A stretch of DNA of 32,000 bases from Synechococcus sp. A15-28 (GTDB lineage Bacteria; Cyanobacteriota; Cyanobacteriia; PCC-6307; Cyanobiaceae), in NCBI RefSeq assembly GCF_014280175.1, contig NZ_CP047931.1, positions 2,190,001 to 2,222,000 of the forward strand, given 5' to 3'. Under the pieces are notes generated by a model. That model saw nothing but the letters and a program-made list of their open reading frames with translations. It made no database searches and was not told the origin of the DNA. Positions 21,599 through 29,702 of the stretch are shown here, in pieces; position 1 is the stretch's first letter, and each line of letters opens with the position of its first letter. The position numbers and the translations under genes were made by a program.

Positions 21599-22844
21599 AT
21601 GACTGCCGGGTTAAGTCGAGCGTGGCTCGTGGGCCTGACGGCAGGGCTGTTGAGCGGCTGTAGTGCCATCGATGCACTGCATCCGTCAGCGGTGCTGGAC
21701 ATCGTCCGCACCATCGACAACAAAGCCAACATCACAACGCAGGATTACGAACAGCTGGAGTACATCTCGAATCTGGTGTTCCAGCAGATCCGTGACATCG
21801 ATCCACAGATCCAACCTCAGCTGCAGCTGCAATCCAGCACAAACTTCATCGACGAGATCCGCCAGCAAACGGACAGCGGCTTCGTGCCTGATTTGATCAT
21901 CACCGACAGCGAAACAGCACTGGCGCTGTACCGATCGCGGCTGATCGATCCAATCCAACTTTCGGAGCAGGACCGCCAGAACACCCCCCAAAGCCTGCTC
22001 GATCTGGTCACCGCCAAGAACGGCGCCCTGGTAGCGCGCCCCTCAATCAATTCGTGCAGCTGGCTTGCTTCAACAAAGAGCGCCTGCCCACGTCTCCAAG
22101 GACGTTGGAGGACCTGAAACAGAGCAGCAGTGACGCCACCTTCGGCATGGCCGTCCAGCTCAAGGATCTGTTCTGGAGTGCGGAGGCCTTCGATGCCGGC
22201 CCGGCCCTGAAGGCCGCAATGGATTCTTCAGGTACAAGTCAAGTCGACTACGAGACGGTAACCGCCTGGCTGAGTTGGCTGGTGGACTCCAGCTACCAGC
22301 AGAACATCCGTTTTCTCAACAACCAGGGCAACCTCAGAGACGGACTGATACAAGGCGAACTCGACTGGATCACCTGCTGGAGCAACAATCTCAGAGGTCT
22401 GAAGCTGAAGCTGGGCGACAGGCTCGGAGTGACGGCCCTCCCAAAGGGCCGAATCAGAACCGCACCGCCACCACGCGTCTGGAGGTCTGGGCCCTGGGCC
22501 GAAACTCCAGCCCGCTGCAGCGGCGGAAAGCCTTGTTGATGGTGGAATTCGTCACCAAGCCCTGGGCTCAGAAGACCTACTCCCTCACCACCAAAAACTC
22601 CATGCCAGTGAGCCAGAAGGCGGCCACGGTGGTGGCATCGAAAATCCCTGGCGGCAATGAAGCCCTGCGCAACTACGTCAGCGCTGAGGGACTCATAGAC
22701 AAAATGCGCGTGAAAGCACGGATTTTCCGCGACCCCGTTCGCTACGAAATCATCTCCGATGCCCTGCTCGACACCATCTACGACATCCAAACCCCCGAAC
22801 AGGGGGCTGAACAAATCCTGCAGGGCCTGAGGGAGAAGCGCTGA
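21599..22844 (+). pseudogene. ABC-type extracellular solute-binding lipoprotein, split over three reading frames
   Basis: Track ORFs 21599..22117, 22054..22539 and 22275..22844 join into one ~415-aa protein. It has a lipobox LLSGCSA and ...NGALVARPLNQFVQLACFNKERLPTSPRTLEDL...IQGELDWITCWSNNLRGLKLKLGDRLGVTALPKG/PNQNRTATTRLEVWALGRNSSPLQRRKALLMVEFVTKPWAQKTYSL...NSMPVSQKAA. Two -1 frame changes, near 22037-22048 and at 22440-22446. Confidence 0.75.
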
Positions 22845-24160
22845 TGCTCCAGGATCTGAACCGGGAAGTGGTCACCTGGCTGGGCTATCTCCAGCGGGGT
22901 TCCGTACTGCTGCAGCTGGCGATCGTGGTGAGCACGTTGCTGGTCGACAAGCGCAGTAGATGGACCCGTCGCCTGGACTCCGAAGTCTTCAGCACCTTTG
23001 CAGAACTGGTCGCCCCATTGCTGCTGATGCTGTTAGGGGCTGCCATCAAAGCGTTGGGTTTCCCCGGTGGCTTGGTGCAGTACCTGGCCACACTCTGGCT
23101 GCTGTGGCGGCTGTTCAAACCCATCAACTTGCTCGTGGAGCAGCGCTTCCCGAACTTGCCGGTGAATGAACTGGATCGAATGCTGTTCCGGCCCTTGTTG
23201 CTGGTGTTCACGGTGCTCAGTTTCTTCCAGATCCTGGGCAGCCGCGAATCCCTGGCCATCATTGAAATCGGGGACGTCTTCGGGGTAACCCTCACCGTGG
23301 GCAAGCTGTTCACAGCCCTGACAATCACCTACCTGATCGTCGCCTACGCCAAGCGTCCCGCTGCGCTGGTGGCCTGGCTGGGGGGCTACTACATCGGACT
23401 GAAACCCCAGGGACAACGGGCTTTGGAAGTCATCCTCCAGTACTCGGTAATCGGCGTCGGCGTGATGGGGGTGGCGTATTACATCGGCATCAACGGAACC
23501 GCCCTGGTGGCGGTGGCCGGGGGCCTCTCAGTGGGCATCGGCTTCGGTATCAAGGAGATCGTCTCCAACTTCATCAGCAGCCTCTGGCTGTTGTTTGAAG
23601 GTTCGGTTCGCCCGGGCGAGATCCTGATGATCAACGGCGACCCCTGCAACGTGCGCAAGCTGGGGCTGCGGGCCACCCAATTGCGCCGGGGCCGCGATGG
23701 AGCGGAACTGCTGATCCCCAACCAGAACTTCTTCACCCAGGAGGCGGAGTCGTACACCGCGGAGGAAACCTCACGCCGCGACGCGGTTGTTGTTGGTGCT
23801 CCTTACCACCATGAGCCCAAACAGGTGATTGCGATCCTTGTCGAGGTCGCCCAGCAGCACGAGAAGGTCCTCCAATACCCTCCCCCGGCAGCGTTCACCA
23901 TCGATTTCGCCGACTCCTCGATCAACTACAAGCTGCTGTTCTGGGTACGCAATCCCCTGGAAGCCTTTGGTGTGGGGAGCGACTTACGCCAAGCCATCTG
24001 GACGGCATTTGAGAAGAACGGAATCGGCATTCCCTTCCCCCAGCGCCAGGTGTATCCCATGGAATGGCCCCCTTCCAAGGAGCAAACCCACAGGATCGGT
24101 AGCCCCTCCAATCAGCTGCAGGCCGATGCAGGAAAAGACTCAGCTGGCGAGGCGCCGTAG
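22844..24160 (+). CDS. MscS-family mechanosensitive ion channel protein
   Basis: ALVAVAGGLSVGIGFGIKEIVSNFISSLWLLFEGSVRPGEILMINGDPCNVRKLGLRATQLRRGRDGAELLIPNQNFF; start ATG overlaps the upstream TGA (TGATG). Confidence 0.92.
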   Translation: MLQDLNREVVTWLGYLQRGSVLLQLAIVVSTLLVDKRSRWTRRLDSEVFSTFAELVAPLLLMLLGAAIKALGFPGGLVQYLATLWLLWRLFKPINLLVEQRFPNLPVNELDRMLFRPLLLVFTVLSFFQILGSRESLAIIEIGDVFGVTLTVGKLFTALTITYLIVAYAKRPAALVAWLGGYYIGLKPQGQRALEVILQYSVIGVGVMGVAYYIGINGTALVAVAGGLSVGIGFGIKEIVSNFISSLWLLFEGSVRPGEILMINGDPCNVRKLGLRATQLRRGRDGAELLIPNQNFFTQEAESYTAEETSRRDAVVVGAPYHHEPKQVIAILVEVAQQHEKVLQYPPPAAFTIDFADSSINYKLLFWVRNPLEAFGVGSDLRQAIWTAFEKNGIGIPFPQRQVYPMEWPPSKEQTHRIGSPSNQLQADAGKDSAGEAP

Positions 24161-24763
24161 GTAATCCTCCTGGCGTCCGGCGTTGATCCAACCGGTGGCG
24201 ATCAATTTGCTGGCTTGATGATTCACGCGCCCGCGGTGGATGTGGGACGGACCAGCCGGAAAGATCAGCAACTTGCCCCGCTCCGCTGGTTCGTGGTGCC
24301 CCTGCCAGTGGAACTCGGTTCCTGCTTCATCCACGTCGTTGCAATAGAGAATCCAGGCCAGCACCCGATGCACCGGTTCGGTGGCCTCATCGCTGATGGT
24401 CCAATCGCAGTGCCAGCGCTTGAAGCCTTCGCCCGGGGCGTAGTGCTGAAGGTTGAAGATCGGGTTCACAAACAAGGCCTGCTCCGGGCAGCAGTCACGG
24501 AACAGCGGTCGCTCCTGCAGATAACGGTCCAGGCCCGCTGAAACACCTCGCAGAATCAACTGCGCCAACGCGAAGGATTCAGGATCCGAACGATCCATCG
24601 CCACCAGGCTGATGTCGGTGCTCTGTTTCGCCGGTTCACCCTCCCCCTCCGGTCCGAAGGCCACGCCAGGCCGCTGCAAATCCACCCGGCGCTCGAAGAA
24701 CTCACGCACCGCGTCGGCCACCGAGGCGTAACCGGGATTGCTGTAGTGCCCGATCAGGTTCAT
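24140..24763 (-). CDS. 2OG-Fe(II) oxygenase-like protein
   Basis: FNLQHYAPGEGFKRWHCDWTISDEATEPVHRVLAWILYCNDVDEAGTEFHWQGHHEPAERGKLLIFPAGPSHIHRGR (HxD...H pattern); overlaps 3' end of mscS by 21 nt convergently. Confidence 0.75.
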   Translation of the reverse strand: MNLIGHYSNPGYASVADAVREFFERRVDLQRPGVAFGPEGEGEPAKQSTDISLVAMDRSDPESFALAQLILRGVSAGLDRYLQERPLFRDCCPEQALFVNPIFNLQHYAPGEGFKRWHCDWTISDEATEPVHRVLAWILYCNDVDEAGTEFHWQGHHEPAERGKLLIFPAGPSHIHRGRVNHQASKLIATGWINAGRQEDYLRRLAS

Positions 24764-25221
24764 GACGCAGCCTCCCGGCGGGGGATGGCCACCACCGCAT
24801 CCAAGGCCTGCCAGCGGCCCCGATCGGCCAGCACCTCGTCCTGCAACTGAACCCTCTCGATCACCGCCGCGGCCCGATCGAGATCCAGATGCACACCAGG
24901 CCCCATCGGCAGCACCAGCACCTGTTGCTCCGCCGGATCCGCCATCACCTGCAGATCCAGATCCTCCAGTTCCCGCTCAAAGAACACCCGCCGCATGCGT
25001 GTGGTCACCGTCGGGCCGAGGGCCTCAACAAAGCGGGACATCCCCGCCTCATCCCCGGCACAGCCGCAGTTGAGCGACATCCAGATCAGCAACTTCACCC
25101 AGCTGTCCACCGACCACAGCGGCTGAAAACTCTCGCGGTGCTGCCGCACGAGCTCGCCGATGGCGAAATCAAACAGGGTGGCCTGCAGGCCAGTGGCGTC
25201 AGCGGAATCCATGGCGTTCAT
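24760..25221 (-). CDS. Conserved hypothetical protein
   Basis: 153 aa; ATGA-type overlap with 24140..24763. Confidence 0.65.
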   Translation of the reverse strand: MNAMDSADATGLQATLFDFAIGELVRQHRESFQPLWSVDSWVKLLIWMSLNCGCAGDEAGMSRFVEALGPTVTTRMRRVFFERELEDLDLQVMADPAEQQVLVLPMGPGVHLDLDRAAAVIERVQLQDEVLADRGRWQALDAVVAIPRREAAS

Positions 25222-25266
25222 CCTCTCCTGCGAGAGGTCAGACTGGAAGTACTGGCTGCTCTCCCC

Positions 25267-25524
25267 ATGGCCCTGGATCTCAACGATCCCGAACTTGAAT
25301 TCTCCGATCTGGTCTACGCCTACCAGAGCTGGGTGATGGCGGTGATCAACGACGAGAAGCTCGGCGGTGACGACAAATTGCTGACCGATGACATCACCGA
25401 GGACGCCCTGAATGCCATGCGCTTCCTCCCCGGTGAAGTGACCAGTGCCATTGAAACCAGCCTGGCCCGCGTTTACGACGTGGATGCCGATGAGCTGGCG
25501 GAACTGCTCTTCCCCGAAGACTGA
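25267..25524 (+). CDS. Small conserved acidic hypothetical protein (85 aa)
   Basis: ATG at 25267 in the 24889 frame: MALDLNDPELEFSDLVYAYQSWVMAVINDEKLGGDDKLLTDDITEDALNAMRFLPGEVTSAIETSLARVYDVDADELAELLFPED. Confidence 0.7.
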   Translation: MALDLNDPELEFSDLVYAYQSWVMAVINDEKLGGDDKLLTDDITEDALNAMRFLPGEVTSAIETSLARVYDVDADELAELLFPED

Positions 25525-25532
25525 ACCCAGCC

Positions 25533-26450
25533 ATGGTCTGGACCGCTGATGCCATTCCCTCCCAGGAGGGGAGAATTGCGCTTGTCACAGGGGCGAACAG
25601 CGGATTGGGTCTGGCCACAGCCCGAGCCCTGAGTGCCTGTGGCGCCACCGTGGTGATGGCCTGTCGATCCCGGCGTAAGGGTGAAACGGCGCGAAGCCAG
25701 CTTCTGGAAGCAGGGCTCACCGGCCTGGATCTTCTCGAGCTCGACCTGGCGGACCTGAACAGCGTCCGCCGCGCGGCATCCGAGGTGAGCGATCGATACG
25801 GACACGTCGATCTGCTGTTCAACAACGCCGGGGTGATGGCGCCACCACGCACCCTCACAAAGCAGGGGTATGAACTGCAATTGGGCGTTAACCACTTGGG
25901 CCATATGGCCCTCACCCTGCAACTGCTGCCGCTGATGCAGGGCCGCAACGACGCCCGGGTGGTGACGGTGACCTCCGGTGCCCAGTATTTCGGCCGCATT
26001 CGCTGGGACGACCCCAGCTGGGACGAGGGCTATGACCGTTACGGCGCCTACAGCCAGAGCAAGCTGGCCAATGTGATGTTTGCCCTGGAGCTGGAGGCGC
26101 GGCAACAGGAACAAGGTGGCAGCATCCGCTCTCTGGCAGCCCACCCCGGCCTGGCCCGAACCGATCTGCAACCGACGGCCATCGCCACGGGTGGCAACCG
26201 CTTTGAGGCACTGGCTTACCGCCTGATGGATCCTTTGTTTCAGAGCGCCGCCATGGGGGCCCTGCCTCAACTGCATGCCGCCACGGCGGAGACGGCGCAG
26301 GGGGGAGAGCACTACGGCCCGGACCAACTGGGGGGCATGCGTGGCCACCCAACCCGCTGCCGCATCGCTCCTGCCGCCCTCGACCGTGAGCAGCGTCAAC
26401 GGCTCTGGCAACTCAGCGAAGAGTTGGCTGGTGGCCTTCTGAAGCCATGA
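25533..26450 (+). CDS. Short-chain dehydrogenase/reductase (retinol dehydrogenase / protochlorophyllide reductase-like)
   Basis: GRIALVTGANSGLGLATARAL, LLFNNAGVMAPP, YGAYSQSKLANVMFALEL. Confidence 0.9.
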   Translation: MVWTADAIPSQEGRIALVTGANSGLGLATARALSACGATVVMACRSRRKGETARSQLLEAGLTGLDLLELDLADLNSVRRAASEVSDRYGHVDLLFNNAGVMAPPRTLTKQGYELQLGVNHLGHMALTLQLLPLMQGRNDARVVTVTSGAQYFGRIRWDDPSWDEGYDRYGAYSQSKLANVMFALELEARQQEQGGSIRSLAAHPGLARTDLQPTAIATGGNRFEALAYRLMDPLFQSAAMGALPQLHAATAETAQGGEHYGPDQLGGMRGHPTRCRIAPAALDREQRQRLWQLSEELAGGLLKP

Positions 26451-26854
26451 CAATTAGTTCCTCGCCTGCCTTGAACCCCCGTCAACAGGCATTGCTGACG
26501 GCTCTCAACGCCTGTGGGGATGAAATGAGTGGCCAAGAGCTGCATCGCAGCCTCGATAAGACGGTCTCCATGGGACTGGCCACGGTGTACCGCAACCTGC
26601 GACAACTGCAGCAACGGGGCCTGGTGCGCTGTCGGCATCTGCCCACGGGTGAAGCGCTGTATGCCCCCGTGGACCGGGATCGCCACCACCTCACCTGTGT
26701 GGACTGTGGGAAGACCCAGGTGCTGGATCATTGCCCGATTCATGGCATCGACATCCCCGCGGAAAGTCGAGCTGACTTCGAATTGTTGTTTCACACGCTT
26801 GAATTCTTCGGACTGTGCAGCAGCTGCCGCCCGCAGCCGACCTCCGAACCATGA
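26447..26854 (+). CDS. Fur-family transcriptional regulator (Zur/Fur-like)
   Basis: LNPRQQALLTAL...SMGLATVYRNLRQLQQRGLVR...HHLTCVDCGKTQVLDHCPI...GLCSSCRPQ. Overlaps both neighbours by 4 nt (ATGA). Confidence 0.88.
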   Translation: MTISSSPALNPRQQALLTALNACGDEMSGQELHRSLDKTVSMGLATVYRNLRQLQQRGLVRCRHLPTGEALYAPVDRDRHHLTCVDCGKTQVLDHCPIHGIDIPAESRADFELLFHTLEFFGLCSSCRPQPTSEP

Positions 26855-27588
26855 CCCTGGCCGCGACCTACTACGGAGCCAACGGCTGGCTCCTGGAATT
26901 CAACAACCTGCGGGTTCTCGTGGATCCCTGGCTTCGGGGAAGCCTGGGTTTTCCGCCGGGATCCTGGCTTCTGAAAGGGGTTCTCCCCCATGAGCGTCCC
27001 GCACCCGGGACCCTCGATCTGCTGCTGCTGACGCAGGGGCTGGCGGACCACAGCCACCCCGAAACGCTGGACCTCCTGCCCCGTGATCTGCCCGTCATCG
27101 GTTCGGCCTCCGCAGCACGGGTGGTGAACTCCCTTGGATTTCAGACCGTCACCAGCCTCAGACCAGGAGAGACGGCTAACCATAGGGGGCTGACGGTGCG
27201 CGCCACTGCCGGAGCCCCCGTTCCCATGGTGGAAAACGGCTACCTCCTGGAGCATGAGTCTGGGCAGCTGTACCTGGAGCCCCATGGCTTCCTGGATCCA
27301 ACCCTGCCCGAGCAACCCCTGGATGCTGTGATTACGCCGATGGTGGACCTGGGTCTTCCGGCCTTCGGGACCTTTGTCAAAGGCCGAAGCGTGGCCGCGG
27401 AACTGGTGCAGCGTTTTCACCCAGCCATCATGCTGGCCAGCACCTCCGGCGGCGATGTTCGCTTCAGCGGAGCCCTCAGTGGAATCCTTCAGATGAACGG
27501 GTCCGTGGAGCAGACCGGCCGTGACCTGCCGACGAGCACCCGATGGCTGGACCCCAGCCCGGGAGAGCGTTTGATGCTGAAACCGTAA
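26851..27588 (+). CDS. MBL-fold metallo-hydrolase-like protein
   Basis: ATG at 26851: MTLAATYYGANGWLLEFNNLRVLVDPWL...LLLTQGLADHSHPETLDLLPRDLPVIGSASAARVV. Confidence 0.8.
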   Translation: MTLAATYYGANGWLLEFNNLRVLVDPWLRGSLGFPPGSWLLKGVLPHERPAPGTLDLLLLTQGLADHSHPETLDLLPRDLPVIGSASAARVVNSLGFQTVTSLRPGETANHRGLTVRATAGAPVPMVENGYLLEHESGQLYLEPHGFLDPTLPEQPLDAVITPMVDLGLPAFGTFVKGRSVAAELVQRFHPAIMLASTSGGDVRFSGALSGILQMNGSVEQTGRDLPTSTRWLDPSPGERLMLKP

Positions 27589-27668
27589 GCAAAGAGATTC
27601 TTACTGACTGGAGGGGAACAACCGGAGGAATCGCGTTACAGTTCGTTACAGATCAAACGAAATCCCCG

Positions 27669-27899
27669 ATGGCCAACAGCAACGACAGCTGGTTCCAGAC
27701 CACCGCAGCCCGTGAAATTCACCTGGAACAGCTCAAGCAGGCTGAGCGTTTCAATGGCCGCGCCGCCATGCTCGGCATCGTGATCGGAATCATCACCGAA
27801 GGACTCACCGGAGCAGGCATTGCCCACCAGATTGGCCTCGGTCCCCTTGTGGACGGCTATGCCGCCTGCCGCACCCAGTTTCTTCCCTTCTGCTTCTGA
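27669..27899 (+). CDS. High-light-inducible / chlorophyll a/b-binding-like protein (HLI)
   Basis: MANSNDSWFQTTAAREIHLEQLKQAERFNGRAAMLGIVIGIITEGLTGAGIAHQIGLG; AERFNGRAAMLG...GIITEGLTG is the HLI/CAB-like helix. Confidence 0.92.
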   Translation: MANSNDSWFQTTAAREIHLEQLKQAERFNGRAAMLGIVIGIITEGLTGAGIAHQIGLGPLVDGYAACRTQFLPFCF

Positions 27900-27902
27900 C
27901 CC

Positions 27903-28133
27903 TCAGAACCATTCCCGGGCCATGGCCAGGCGCTGCTGCAGCTCCTGATCAGAGGCCCGGGACAACACTGAGACCTCAATCTGCAGCAGGGTCTGCACCA
28001 GGTTTCCGCCATACTTCTCCTGGGCACGGAAGCGCCGGTAGGCATCCATCAAAAGAACGCGGGCATCGTCGAAAGACAAGGAAGCATGAACCTGGGCAAG
28101 CTTCCTGCCGCAATCTTCCAGACTTAATCTCAT
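27903..28133 (-). CDS. Hypothetical protein (76 aa; ORF can extend to 28190)
   Basis: MRLSLEDCGRKLAQVHASLSFDDARVLLMDAYRRFRAQEKYGGNLVQTLLQIEVSVLSRASDQELQQRLAMAREWF; convergent with the HLI gene. Confidence 0.55.
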   Translation of the reverse strand: MRLSLEDCGRKLAQVHASLSFDDARVLLMDAYRRFRAQEKYGGNLVQTLLQIEVSVLSRASDQELQQRLAMAREWF

Positions 28134-28295
28134 CTTAAGAATGTACGCCCGGGCTGACCGTACCGACCCCTGAATTCGACGATTGGTCACAACCGCGACA
28201 GAAATGGGCTAACTTCTTTACACGTTGGTCCGGAGCAACCGGATGCAGTTCGTTCCAGGCCATGCAACGGGGGCCAGGACGCTGTGGAGACCCCA

Positions 28296-28472
28296 ATGTC
28301 CCCCCTCTCTCTGATTCAGAAACGCACCCAGCGCCAGCAGCGACTTGAAGCTGCTCGCCGCCAGATGGCCAAGGCAGAAGGTTGTTTCGACCTTAAGGTC
28401 AACAGCTCCCGCATCGCAGCGGCCCCGCTGTATGACCTTTCGTACCGAGCCATCAGCGCCAACTGGCTTTGA
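28296..28472 (+). CDS. Small hypothetical protein (58 aa)
   Basis: ATG at 28296 within the 28284 ORF: MSPLSLIQKRTQRQQRLEAARRQMAKAEGCFDLKVNSSRIAAAPLYDLSYRAISANWL; followed by a strong hairpin. Confidence 0.5.
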   Translation: MSPLSLIQKRTQRQQRLEAARRQMAKAEGCFDLKVNSSRIAAAPLYDLSYRAISANWL

Positions 28473-28479
28473 CTCTCGT

Positions 28480-28504
28480 GGTGGGCTCCTTCGTGGGGTC
28501 CACC
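28480..28504 (+). terminator. Terminator-like hairpin without a clear U tract
   Basis: GGTGGGCTCC-TTCGT-GGGGTCCACC: 10 pairs (two G-T), 8 nt after the stop of 28296..28472. Confidence 0.4.
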
Positions 28505-28575
28505 GTTCATAACAAGCAAGATCAAGTTCAATCAGGCCATACCTTCGCTTTGATGGGTTCATTCGATCTGTTCTG

Positions 28576-28707
28576 ATGACCCTCGGTCGATTCCTGATTC
28601 TGTTTGCCATCGGGATTGGCGCTGGACTTGTGCTGAAGCTCACCTGGCTCTATTGGTTGCTCGGGCTGTCAGCGGGATGGGTGCTGTTCAAACTTATCAA
28701 GGGTTGA
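28576..28707 (+). CDS. Small single-TM hypothetical protein (43 aa), not in the supplied track
   Basis: Own translation: MTLGRFLILFAIGIGAGLVLKLTWLYWLLGLSAGWVLFKLIKG*. Confidence 0.5.
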   Translation: MTLGRFLILFAIGIGAGLVLKLTWLYWLLGLSAGWVLFKLIKG

Positions 28708-28809
28708 TATCAAGTTCAAAGGCGTTGACCTCCTGACATCGACCGGTCTCGTGTGAACGGTTACTGACGACCGTGTTCGCAGCTCCTATCAACGGCGAAA
28801 ATCCGCCGA

Positions 28810-29109
28810 GTGATGATCACAACCGCAACCCGTCTGCGACTCCAGGACATCTGCCAGCGCATTGCCCTGGGGGAACCGGTGACCCTTTCAGAGCGCATCG
28901 AACTTCAGAAATTCGCTGATCGAGATCGCAGCGTCCTCTCCTGGATGAATCGTGCTCAGCGCACACAAGGGCAGGGTGCCGTGACGGGACTCAACCAACT
29001 GCTCATGGACATGGATCTCGGAAGCAGAGACCCCGCTGATCAGCATCGTCCTGAGGACGACCTCGGCGGTTGGTTCGGCAATGCTGATCCCTGGCTCCGC
29101 CGAGACTGA
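28810..29109 (+). CDS. Hypothetical protein (99 aa)
   Basis: MMITTATRLRLQDICQRIALGEPVTLSERIELQKFADRDRSVLSWMNRAQRTQGQGAVTGLNQLLMDMDLG. Confidence 0.6.
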   Translation: MMITTATRLRLQDICQRIALGEPVTLSERIELQKFADRDRSVLSWMNRAQRTQGQGAVTGLNQLLMDMDLGSRDPADQHRPEDDLGGWFGNADPWLRRD

Positions 29110-29126
29110 GTCTGGTGGTACAACCA

Positions 29127-29507
29127 TCAGTCAGGGGAGTTGATGCGCTGATCATGCCGAGGCATGGCCCACCGGATAAAGGCCTCTTTGTTGTGGCGTG
29201 ATCCCCGACGCGCGCAATGCTCTGATGCTTTCTGCTTTGCTGCATCAGTGAAAACACCGGATTGTTCAATCTGTGTGAACTCGCAATGGCATTGGGCCGT
29301 CGCAAGATCATTCATCAACTCCGCAACTTCACCCCACATGCGCATCTCTCGTTCCATGCATAACGCGTGATAGCTCACGTAATCAGGCTCCATTGGATCC
29401 GGATCCACCGGCTCAGACCCGCCTCCATCAAAGGCAAACCCCGACGCACATAACCCCAGCGCAGCAAAACCAACCAGTAAAGAATTAAGCCATTTACGTT
29501 TCATCAT
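29127..29507 (-). CDS. Secreted hypothetical protein with signal peptide and conserved-looking cysteines
   Basis: MMKRKWLNSLLVGFAALGLCASGFAFDGG... signal peptide, then ALCMEREMRMWGEVAELMNDLATAQCHCEF...EHCARRG. Confidence 0.6.
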   Translation of the reverse strand: MMKRKWLNSLLVGFAALGLCASGFAFDGGGSEPVDPDPMEPDYVSYHALCMEREMRMWGEVAELMNDLATAQCHCEFTQIEQSGVFTDAAKQKASEHCARRGSRHNKEAFIRWAMPRHDQRINSPD

Positions 29508-29655
29508 TAATCAAACGAAGAGCAGCGTTCAGAACGGCTCGCTTCGCATCCTTCCGCTGCATGCCTTCACGTTCAAAATGGCGAACAATGCGGGACAGGT
29601 CCCACCAGACAGCCGCCTCCACTTCATCCATTTTATTCGCGACATGAAGTGGCAT
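29494..29655 (-). CDS. Small hypothetical protein (53 aa), not in the supplied track
   Basis: Own translation: MPLHVANKMDEVEAAVWWDLSRIVRHFEREGMQRKDAKRAVLNAALRLINDET*; stop overlaps the first codons of 29127..29507. Confidence 0.55.
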   Translation of the reverse strand: MPLHVANKMDEVEAAVWWDLSRIVRHFEREGMQRKDAKRAVLNAALRLINDET

Positions 29656-29702
29656 GGCCGTCAGGCGACTACTCCACCTCTAGCCAATGACCGCAAATCG
29701 AA

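Noticed and set aside
25473-26453. 326-aa minus-strand ORF opposite the SDR gene
   Set aside because: Shadow of a well-supported SDR coding sequence; no domain-like motifs.
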